Shown one piece after another: positions 1 to 7,328 of a stretch of DNA of 64,000 nucleotides. The stretch lies in contig CAVSTP010000003.1 in assembly GCA_963730935.1 (NCBI GenBank), positions 768,001-832,000 on the forward strand, given 5' to 3'. The notes under the pieces were generated by a model. That model was given only the letters and a program-made list of their open reading frames with translations. It was not told the DNA's origin and did not search any database. How positions within the stretch are numbered: position 1 is the stretch's first letter; every line of letters begins with the position of its first letter. The translations under genes and the position numbers were made by a program. This stretch comes from an uncultured Nitrospiraceae bacterium. GTDB lineage: Bacteria; Nitrospirota; Nitrospiria; Nitrospirales; Nitrospiraceae.

Positions 1-192
1 TTCGACGCCCGGAATCACTTCAATGCCCAGCTCCTGGCCGGTCGCCATGGCCTCAGGAATTCCGCTCGTGATGTCGTGATCCGTGATCGCCAACGCCGTG
101 ACGCTGGCTTTCCCGGCCAACTTCAGGACTTCGGCCGGCGGGAGGCTTCCGTCGGAATGGGTGGTATGGAGATGAAGATCAATGCGGCTCAC
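1..192 (-). CDS. PHP-domain metal-dependent phosphoesterase (5' part only; runs off the window)
   Basis: Manual translation from GTG at 192: MSRIDLHLHTTHSDGSLPPAEVL...ALAITDHD...EVIPGVE, which has the PHP HxH, SDG, TDHD and GxE motifs. GTGA overlap with the upstream stop. Confidence 0.85.
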   Translation of the reverse strand, partial: MSRIDLHLHTTHSDGSLPPAEVLKLAGKASVTALAITDHDITSGIPEAMATGQELGIEVIPGVE

Positions 193-1148
193 GGCGACTC
201 GTGCGTGGGAACGGCCTGACGAGGCTTTTGCGCCACTAACTGCGCAGTAAAGACGGACCCCATGCCGGGGCCTCCTTCATGTTCACCCTCGTCATAGGAG
301 AGAACGCGGAGGGAGGATGTTAGCCGAAGTAACTCGTTCTGCGCCAGGCAGAACTCCCAGCGACGGGGATGGCGATAGCGTACGTAGTTGTCGATGGTGA
401 ACGTTTCATACAGCAGGACCCCCTGCGGCTTCAAGGCCTCAACGAGCCAAGGGAACAACGGTCGGTGGAGGTAGAAGCAGACCACGATGGCATCGTACGT
501 GTTCGCGGGAAATTCTGGCCGATCGTCGGTGCGCCGTTCCAGGTCGACCTGCTTGACGGTGAGATGTGGGAGGCGCCGCTGGGCGGCCGCGGCCGAAACC
601 TTTGCGAGATTTTCGTGGTCTCGATCGATCGCCTCGACCTCGAATCCATGAGCGGCCAGATAGAGGGCATGACGTCCATTTCCGCAGGCGACATCGAGCG
701 CACGCCCTTTCGGGAGGCGGTAGAGCTGTTGGGTGACAAAGCGGGAAGGCACCGGATCGGTGGCCTGAGCATGGTGAGCGGCGCGTGGCCGGTCGATCTT
801 CACACCGACGGACCCCGTCTTTTGTGCAATCGGAGGTGCCAATTTCCGAAGCCAAAGGCGTGCGCGGCTGACCGGAAAGTCTGTGAAAAGCAGGGTCAGT
901 ACTTTCTCGCCGAGGGTTTCCACAAGGGCGCAGACTTCCTTGCTCCCAAGTTCGACGATCCGCTCCGCAACCTGAGCGTAATCAACCGTGTCGCTCAAAT
1001 GACCGGAAGTGGCGGCCGAGGCTGTTTCGCAGTCCAGTTCAAGGTCGATGGCCATGGGTTGGGGCCGCTGCCGCTCCAAGGGCGTGATGCCGCACCGCGC
1101 TTGAAATTCGAGGCGTTCGATAACAATTTTGTCGGGCATTTCGGTCAT
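189..1148 (-). CDS. folB: Dihydroneopterin aldolase fused to a class I SAM-dependent (TehB-like) methyltransferase
   Basis: N-terminal ~120 aa: ERQRPQPMAIDLEL, DTVDY, VETL, LRKLAPPI (FolB). C-terminal: ALDVACGNGRHALYLA, YDAIVV, LKPQGVLLYETF. The true start may be ATG at 1139. Confidence 0.85.
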   Translation of the reverse strand: MTEMPDKIVIERLEFQARCGITPLERQRPQPMAIDLELDCETASAATSGHLSDTVDYAQVAERIVELGSKEVCALVETLGEKVLTLLFTDFPVSRARLWLRKLAPPIAQKTGSVGVKIDRPRAAHHAQATDPVPSRFVTQQLYRLPKGRALDVACGNGRHALYLAAHGFEVEAIDRDHENLAKVSAAAAQRRLPHLTVKQVDLERRTDDRPEFPANTYDAIVVCFYLHRPLFPWLVEALKPQGVLLYETFTIDNYVRYRHPRRWEFCLAQNELLRLTSSLRVLSYDEGEHEGGPGMGSVFTAQLVAQKPRQAVPTHESP

Positions 1149-1176
1149 TGTCCGGGATGAAAAGAGAGGCTGTCAA
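1147..1176 (-). promoter_or_regulatory. Candidate sigma-70 promoter for the folB fusion (possibly leaderless)
   Basis: Minus strand TTGACA-N18-GACAAT, then 7 nt to the ATG at 1139. Confidence 0.4.
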
Positions 1177-1262
1177 CCTGTCGTTAGATGGGTAACGAGA
1201 GGAAGGCGCAAGCGTTCAAGCTATTCAGTTCCGCCGCACCAACCTCATCATCCCTATCTCTA

Positions 1263-1292
1263 TTGACTCACTCTTTCACCCCCTCATATAAT
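1263..1292 (+). promoter_or_regulatory. Sigma-70 promoter of the moa operon
   Basis: TTGACT-N18-TATAAT about 40 nt upstream of moaC. Confidence 0.65.
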
Positions 1293-1333
1293 TACCGGTC
1301 GACGCAATCTAACCGACTGATTCAGCGGGGAAA

Positions 1334-1864
1334 ATGGCTGAGTTTACACACTTCAACGAGTCCGGCCGCGCGCGGATGGTCGATGTCGGTGGGAAGGCTC
1401 AGACCGAGCGGGTCGCAACTGCGCAAGCCAAAGTCTATCTCCGACCGGAAACCCTGGAAAAAATTCAGCGGGGCAAGATCGCCAAAGGGGATGTCCTTGG
1501 CGTCGCCCAGGTGGCGGGTGTGATGGGCGCCAAGAAGACCCCTGATCTCATTCCCATGTGCCATCCTCTATTCCTCACGTCCGTCGACATCTCCTTCAAG
1601 GAAGAACCTCAACCGGACCAGGAGGGCCGCTGTTCGATCCTCGTGACGGCAACCGCCAAAACCAGCGGGCAGACCGGAGTCGAGATGGAGGCCATGACCG
1701 CCGTTTCAGTTGCCGCGCTGACCATTTACGACATGTGCAAGGCAATCGACCGGGGAATAAGCTTTAGCGATGTATGGCTGGTCTCAAAGTCGGGTGGGAA
1801 GTCCGGCGCCTACGACCGAGAGAGTGGAGCCTCACGGCATCGCGGCGAGGACGGGGACGAATGA
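1334..1864 (+). CDS. moaC: Cyclic pyranopterin monophosphate synthase MoaC
   Basis: FTHFNESGRARMVDVG, LIPMCHPL, TGVEMEAMTAV, IYDMCKAIDR, KSGGKSG. Confidence 0.97.
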   Translation: MAEFTHFNESGRARMVDVGGKAQTERVATAQAKVYLRPETLEKIQRGKIAKGDVLGVAQVAGVMGAKKTPDLIPMCHPLFLTSVDISFKEEPQPDQEGRCSILVTATAKTSGQTGVEMEAMTAVSVAALTIYDMCKAIDRGISFSDVWLVSKSGGKSGAYDRESGASRHRGEDGDE

Positions 1865-1874
1865 GTCGAAACGC

Positions 1875-2249
1875 ATGATCACCGTGAGACTGTTCGGCAT
1901 GACGAAGTCGCTTGCGGATAACCAGTCGAGCCTGACGCTGGCCTTGGGAAAGAACCAATCCGTGAGAAATGTTATCGAACTGGTCAACAAGCGTTATCCC
2001 AAGATCGGCGAGTTGATATACCAGAAGAAGATCCTGGTGTCCGTGAACCAAGAAATCGCCCACGACGATACCAAGGTGCAGGAAGGCGATGAAGTGGCCC
2101 TGCTGCCTCCGTTTGCAGGAGGAACGCCGGCCGGCCGATTGCAAAGCGATCGGGGTGAAAATGTTCGCCGAGGTGGGTGGGTGAGCTCGGGTGAGGCGCG
2201 TCTTGGCGTGCTGGGGTGGGCGGGTGAGAATAAACGCGAGGTCGAATGA
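1875..2249 (+). CDS. moaD: MoaD/ThiS-family sulfur carrier with a 41-aa extension after the Gly-Gly motif
   Basis: MITVRLFG...VSVNQE...EGDEVALLPPFAGG (GG ends at 2123), then the frame stays open to TGA 2249. Lies between moaC and moaE. Confidence 0.9.
   Translation: MITVRLFGMTKSLADNQSSLTLALGKNQSVRNVIELVNKRYPKIGELIYQKKILVSVNQEIAHDDTKVQEGDEVALLPPFAGGTPAGRLQSDRGENVRRGGWVSSGEARLGVLGWAGENKREVE
2135..2230 (-). repeat. Dispersed GC-rich repeat copy inside the moaD 3' extension
   Basis: GGCGCGTCTTGGCGTGCTGGGGTGGGCGGGTGAGAA is the reverse complement of the core at 5745 and 10792. CGATTGCAAAGCGATCGG...GGTGGGTGGGTGAGCTC matches 30371-30436. Confidence 0.75.
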
Positions 2250-2689
2250 GCACGGTCGAGCAGAATGAACTGTTGGTTCGCGTGCAGCGCGAAGACTTTT
2301 CCGTCGATGCGGAGATCAATCGCGTGCGAAGCCGCTCCAGGCGGATCGGCGGCATTTCCATTTTTCTCGGCACGGCCCGGGACCATTCCAAGGGACGTGA
2401 CGTCGATGGGATCACTTTTGAGCATTACGAGGGCATGGCCCAAAAGAAGCTGCGAGAGATCCGCGAGAGAGCGCTGAAAGATTTTGACATCCTGGAATTG
2501 TTGATCGTTCACCGGTACGGCGAGATCACGATCGGAGAAAACATCGTGTTGATCATTGCCGGAGCAGAACATAGAGCGGACGCGTTCCGCGCCTGCAAAT
2601 GGGCCATCGATGAGTTAAAGCAGATCACCCCGATCTGGAAGTTGGAGCATACGCCGAGCGGGGAGGTCTGGGTCGAAGAACACCCGTGA
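2246..2689 (+). CDS. moaE: Molybdopterin synthase catalytic subunit
   Basis: GGISIFLGTARD, EHYEGMA, HRYG, HRADAFRAC, LKQITPIWKLE. Confidence 0.96.
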   Translation: MSTVEQNELLVRVQREDFSVDAEINRVRSRSRRIGGISIFLGTARDHSKGRDVDGITFEHYEGMAQKKLREIRERALKDFDILELLIVHRYGEITIGENIVLIIAGAEHRADAFRACKWAIDELKQITPIWKLEHTPSGEVWVEEHP

Positions 2690-2842
2690 GGATGGTGAAA
2701 ATGCAGCAGTTCACACCCACCCACCCCGCCGTGCAAGGCACGTCGTGACCCGGGCTGCGTTCTCACGCTGCGGCCTTGTTTCGGGTGAGGCGCGTCGCGC
2801 CGGGGCGGGCGGGTGAAAACTGACACCATTTTGACCATCCTC
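2688..2842. repeat. MITE/REPIN-like element with 16-bp terminal inverted repeats
   Basis: GAGGATGGTGAAAATG (2688-2703) pairs with CATTTTGACCATCCTC (2827-2842) with one mismatch. Inner inverted repeat CACCCACCCACCCCG / CGGGGCGGGCGGGTG. Confidence 0.7.
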
Positions 2843-2878
2843 TCAATGAATGTAGTTTGACCATGATCTCTGGAGCCG

Positions 2879-3952
2879 ATGGAAGCCACTACTCACCATA
2901 GCGATAGCGCCGCTATAGAAGCCGTCGTCGATGTGTTTGGGCGTCCGCTGAAAAGTCTGCGGCTCTCCGTGACGGACCGGTGTAACCTGCGATGCTCCTA
3001 TTGCATGCCGGAGGAGGAGTATGTCTGGCTTCCCCGTGAGGATGTGCTGACGTTCGAGGAAATGGCGGCGCTCTCCGGCTATTTTACGGATCTTGGCGTC
3101 GACAAGGTGCGGCTCACAGGAGGAGAGCCGCTCCTGCGGCGTGATCTGCCCAGGCTCATTCGGCTGCTGCTTCAGAACCACAACATCAGGGAAATTGCAC
3201 TCACGACGAACGGGATTCTGCTGTCGGACCATGCGGAAGCGCTCTACCAGGCCGGTTTGAACCGGGTGACGGTCAGCCTGGACACGTTGAGGCCGGAGCG
3301 GTTCAGACAGTTGACCCGCCGCGACGAGTTCGCGCGGGTCTTGGAAGGGATTGAATCAGCCGGCCGTGCCGGGTTTACCGGGCTCAAGCTCGATACCGTC
3401 GCCATCCGCGGGTTCAACGACGATGAGTTGGTTGGGCTGATCGAGTTCGCGAAGCATTTCCAGGCCGAGGTGCGCTTCATCGAATACATGGATGTCGGAG
3501 GCGCCAACCGGTGGGCTCCCGAACAGGTGCTCTCGCGTGAAATGATGCTGACGAGCTTGGGCAAGTACTATGGGTCCATTGAACCGTTGCCAGAACGCGG
3601 ATCGGCTCCTGCGCAACGATTCCGGCTCCCTGACGGCGCCACGTTCGGCATCATCCCATCCACGACAACGCCGTTCTGCTCGGCATGCGACCGGAGCCGC
3701 GTGACGGCCGACGGAATGTGGTACCGCTGCTTGTACGCGACCACAGGCACGGATTTGCGCAAACCGCTTCGCGAAGGCGTTGCGGCTCACGAAATGCTGG
3801 CGCTCATTCGAGCCGGCTGGGAAGCGCGCCGTGACCGGGGCGCAGAAGAACGAAAGGCGCTGGAGCGTACGGGGCTGCGTGAAGGCGGGCTGATCGGCAT
3901 CGATCGCTTGCGCGAGGATCCGCATCTCGAGATGCACGCACGCGGCGGATAA
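2879..3952 (+). CDS. moaA: GTP 3',8-cyclase (radical SAM)
   Basis: LRLSVTDRCNLRCSYCMP, RLTGGEP, PFCSACDRSRVTADG..C, C-terminal GG. Confidence 0.97.
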   Translation: MEATTHHSDSAAIEAVVDVFGRPLKSLRLSVTDRCNLRCSYCMPEEEYVWLPREDVLTFEEMAALSGYFTDLGVDKVRLTGGEPLLRRDLPRLIRLLLQNHNIREIALTTNGILLSDHAEALYQAGLNRVTVSLDTLRPERFRQLTRRDEFARVLEGIESAGRAGFTGLKLDTVAIRGFNDDELVGLIEFAKHFQAEVRFIEYMDVGGANRWAPEQVLSREMMLTSLGKYYGSIEPLPERGSAPAQRFRLPDGATFGIIPSTTTPFCSACDRSRVTADGMWYRCLYATTGTDLRKPLREGVAAHEMLALIRAGWEARRDRGAEERKALERTGLREGGLIGIDRLREDPHLEMHARGG

Positions 3953-4052
3953 CAGCAGGCAATCTCCGTCCGGTTCGTGTCTCGCTCTCTCGTGCAAATC
4001 ATGCAACACATCTCCGTCCTGAACGCCTTCGGCGAATGGCTCTGGGTTCCGC

Positions 4053-4760
4053 GTGGCTGATTCTTCCTATCTCACCGTTCTCGGGCTCGGTTTTATCCTT
4101 GGGCTGCGTCATGCCTTGGATTCGGACCATCTTGGTGCTGTCTCGACGGTGCTCGCCGAGCGGCCCTCATGGCGCGCTTCGGGCCTGGTGGGTCTGAGCT
4201 GGGGAGTGGGCCATACCGCTGTCCTGCTCTTCGTGGGAGCGATCGTCCTCGTGCTCCGTGTGCCGATTCCAGAGCCGCTTGCGGCGGCGGCAGAGGGCCT
4301 CGTCGGCGTCATGCTGATCGTCCTCGGCGGTCTGCTCGGCATGAAATTGATTCGGGAACGGTGGCATCTCCATCACCATGATCACGACGGCAGGAGCCAT
4401 TTGCATCTTCACAGCCACTGCGATTCCCAGAATCACGGTCATGCCCATTGGTGGCGAGAATCACTGCGGCCGCTCTGCATCGGGATGGCTCACGGTCTGG
4501 CTGGTTCCGCAGCGCTGCTGCTGCTGGTTGTGACGTCGGCGGACAGCGTGATCGACGGACTGATGTACATCGCGGTGTTCGGCTGCGGTTCGATTCTGGG
4601 CATGATGCTGATCGGTCTTGCGCTGAGTCTTCCGGTGATGTGGTCTTTGCGGCTTGGGCGGCCGCTCTTCCTCGCTGTGCAGGGATTGGCGAGTGTGGGA
4701 AGCATCGCGCTGGGCTGTGCGATCGTGTATCGCATCTTTCTGGCCGAGTCGCTGTCGTAA
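4053..4760 (+). CDS. NiCoT/UreH-like His-rich metal permease
   Basis: LGLRHALDSDHL, WGVGHT, His-rich loop HLHHHDHDGRSHLHLHSH, GMAHGLAGSA; about 6 TM helices. Confidence 0.8.
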   Translation: MADSSYLTVLGLGFILGLRHALDSDHLGAVSTVLAERPSWRASGLVGLSWGVGHTAVLLFVGAIVLVLRVPIPEPLAAAAEGLVGVMLIVLGGLLGMKLIRERWHLHHHDHDGRSHLHLHSHCDSQNHGHAHWWRESLRPLCIGMAHGLAGSAALLLLVVTSADSVIDGLMYIAVFGCGSILGMMLIGLALSLPVMWSLRLGRPLFLAVQGLASVGSIALGCAIVYRIFLAESLS

Positions 4761-4885
4761 TGAGAGATGCAATGTTCCCACGAGCGGGAAACTACGTGCG
4801 CAGACGAGCCTGCTGTGCTATTCTCCAGCACGCTCCTGAATGTATCGAGTCACCGTGGCCGATTGAGCGGTGAAAGGAGTCGGGG

Positions 4886-5722
4886 ATGGCGTGGTTCAAG
4901 AAGCAAAAGGGTGCTGAGCCGGATGTCCCGAAGCGGTCCAAGGTGGCCGAGGGGATGTGGCTCAAATGCAACCACTGCCGTGAAATCGTCTACCGTAAGG
5001 AAGTCGAGCGAAACAGCAAGGTCTGTCCGAAGTGCGACTACCATTTTCCGATTTCGGTGATGGAACGCATCACGCTCCTCGTGGATTTCGGAACTTTCAA
5101 GGAGTGGGATGCCGACCTGGGGCCGCTGGATCCACTCAATTTTCACGACACCAAATCCTACAAGGAGCGCGTCAAGGCTCAACAAGAAAAGACTGGGCGA
5201 AAAGACGCCATCATGATCGGCGAGGGCTTGATGAACGGCCACCGAGTGGCGCTCTGCGTGTTCGATTTCGGATTTATGGGCGGCAGCATGGGGTCGGTGG
5301 TGGGTGAGAAAATCTGTCGCGCCATCGATCGTGCCATTGAGGGCCGCTTGCCCGTTGTGCTCGTGACGGCGTCCGGTGGCGCCCGCATGCAGGAAGGAAT
5401 TCTCTCGCTCATGCAGATGGCCAAGACATCCGCGGCTGTGGCCAAGCTTGGCGAGGCCAAGCTTCCGTTGATCTGTCTGCTGGCCGATCCGACCTTCGGG
5501 GGCGTCACGGCCAGCATTGCCATGCTGGGTGACGTGATCCTGGCCGAGCCGAAGGCATTGATCGGCTTCGCCGGTCCTCGGGTGATCGAGCAAACCATCA
5601 AGCAACAGCTCCCCGATCAATTTCAGCGTGCGGAGTTTCTTCTGGAGCACGGGATGATCGATATGATTGTCGAGCGCAAGCAGCTCAAAGAGACTCTCAG
5701 CACTCTCGTCGCCCATTTCTAG
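4886..5722 (+). CDS. accD: Acetyl-CoA carboxylase carboxyltransferase beta subunit
   Basis: C4 zinc finger, [35 protein letters not shown]. Confidence 0.98.
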   Translation: MAWFKKQKGAEPDVPKRSKVAEGMWLKCNHCREIVYRKEVERNSKVCPKCDYHFPISVMERITLLVDFGTFKEWDADLGPLDPLNFHDTKSYKERVKAQQEKTGRKDAIMIGEGLMNGHRVALCVFDFGFMGGSMGSVVGEKICRAIDRAIEGRLPVVLVTASGGARMQEGILSLMQMAKTSAAVAKLGEAKLPLICLLADPTFGGVTASIAMLGDVILAEPKALIGFAGPRVIEQTIKQQLPDQFQRAEFLLEHGMIDMIVERKQLKETLSTLVAHF

Positions 5723-5790
5723 CAGGGTGATGAAAGAGCCTTTTCTCACCCGCCCAACCCTGGCGCGCCAAGACGCGCCTTTCCCAGGCG
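5723..5790 (+). repeat. Dispersed GC-rich repeat copy
   Basis: TTCTCACCCGCCCAACCCTGGCGCGCCAAGACGCGCCTTTCCC just after the accD stop. Confidence 0.8.
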
Positions 5791-6031
5791 TCGTTTCCTC
5801 GTCGCCTAGAGCACTGCTGAGAACAAGGACTGCTCCCCAGACGATGGGAAGACGGATCAAGGAGGTTCAGCTACGAGGCCCCGTGTCGTGACGGCAGAGC
5901 GGCGTGCCGGGAGAAAAGCACCGGTCAAGTTCAGGCCGGATCGTCAAGGACGTTGGTCTGTGAGGGGTGATGCTCGGAGTCCGAAAACGAGTAGCTCCTA
6001 ATGTACTCGTGGCCATGCTCCCGACCATACC

Positions 6032-7327
6032 ATGACCTACACTGCAGCTGTTTCCTACCTCTACAGTCTCCAAAAGCACGGCATCAAGCTTGGATTGGAC
6101 ACCATGACGGCTCTGGTAGGCCGTCTTGGTATGCCGCAGTCTCGATATCGAAGTCTCCACATTGCCGGTACCAACGGCAAAGGCTCGACGGCCGCCCTGA
6201 CGGCCACCATGTTTCAGACGGGCGGCTATCGGGTGGGATTGTACACCTCGCCGCACCTCGTCGAATTCGGGGAACGCATCCGAGTGGACGGCCGCATGAT
6301 TTCCGAATTGGATATTGCGCGGCTGACGAACCTGGTGAAGGGCATTTCCGAGCCGGACCTGTCGCCGACGTTCTTCGAGTTCACAACGGCGATGGCGTTG
6401 CAGTATTTCGCCGAGTCGCAAGTCGACCTGGCAGTGCTGGAAGTAGGACTTGGAGGCCGGTTCGACGCGACCAACGTAGTGTCCCCCCTGGCATGTGCCA
6501 TTACGACGATCGCGTTGGACCATCAGCAATATCTGGGCAGCACCCTGGAGTCCGTTGCGTTCGAGAAGGCCGGCATTATCAAGCCGAACGTGCCAGTGAT
6601 CCTCGGCCGTCTCCCAGGCGAGGCTCGCGACACGATCGAACGAATCGCGATTGACCGGGATGCGCCGGTCTTTTGTCTGGGCCGTGACTTTGAGGTCGAA
6701 GGCGAGACGCCGGCGCGATTTAGATATTCCGGGTTCGGCGTGCGGTATGACGATTTGTCCTGTCCCTTGCTCGGAACGCATCAGCTCGAGAATTGCGCCT
6801 GCGCGTTGTCCCTGGTGGAAACCTCCCGTCGCGACCGGCTCGCGGTTGGAGAGGTTGCCATCCGCAAAGGGCTCCGGGAGGTCCAATGGGAAGGGCGTTT
6901 GGAGGTCGTGGCACGGGATCCGATGACCGTCCTCGACGGGGCCCATAATCCTGCGGCGGCCAAGGCCCTGGCTGATTACCTCCGCACATTTCGCCTCTCG
7001 AATCCCATGAGCCGGGTCATCCTCGTACTGGCCATGATGCGCGACAAGGATCATCGCGGATTCGTCGAGTTCTTCAAAGGACTCGTGGACGAGGTCGTGG
7101 TGACGCAGGCAGATTTGAAGCGGTCTGCTACGGCGGACGAACTGTTGCCGCTCGTCGTTGAAACCTGGCCACGGGCGAGAACGAACGCACGGGTCTCGGG
7201 GGCGCTCGGCGCCGCCAAACAGCTTGCACGCCCACAAGATTTGATCTGTGTGACCGGCTCCTTGATGCTCGTCGGTGAAGTGAAAGCATCGTTGCGCGGC
7301 TGTGGGCTGTCCCGGCTGCGGGGTTGA
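6032..7327 (+). CDS. folC: Bifunctional folylpolyglutamate synthase/dihydrofolate synthase
   Basis: HIAGTNGKGST, YTSPHL, EVGLGGRFDATN, EKAGIIK, LDGAHNP, VTGSL. Confidence 0.97.
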   Translation: MTYTAAVSYLYSLQKHGIKLGLDTMTALVGRLGMPQSRYRSLHIAGTNGKGSTAALTATMFQTGGYRVGLYTSPHLVEFGERIRVDGRMISELDIARLTNLVKGISEPDLSPTFFEFTTAMALQYFAESQVDLAVLEVGLGGRFDATNVVSPLACAITTIALDHQQYLGSTLESVAFEKAGIIKPNVPVILGRLPGEARDTIERIAIDRDAPVFCLGRDFEVEGETPARFRYSGFGVRYDDLSCPLLGTHQLENCACALSLVETSRRDRLAVGEVAIRKGLREVQWEGRLEVVARDPMTVLDGAHNPAAAKALADYLRTFRLSNPMSRVILVLAMMRDKDHRGFVEFFKGLVDEVVVTQADLKRSATADELLPLVVETWPRARTNARVSGALGAAKQLARPQDLICVTGSLMLVGEVKASLRGCGLSRLRG

Positions 7328-7328
7328 T

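Noticed and set aside
1770..2689. Programmed frameshift producing a MoaD-MoaE (MoaX-like) fusion
   Set aside because: The junction is an ordinary ATGA overlap, moaE has its own RBS-like GAGG, and no slippery sequence is evident.
5790..6030. The accD-folC spacer as a folate-related riboswitch
   Set aside because: I could not find THF or ZTP riboswitch consensus or a convincing nested stem structure.
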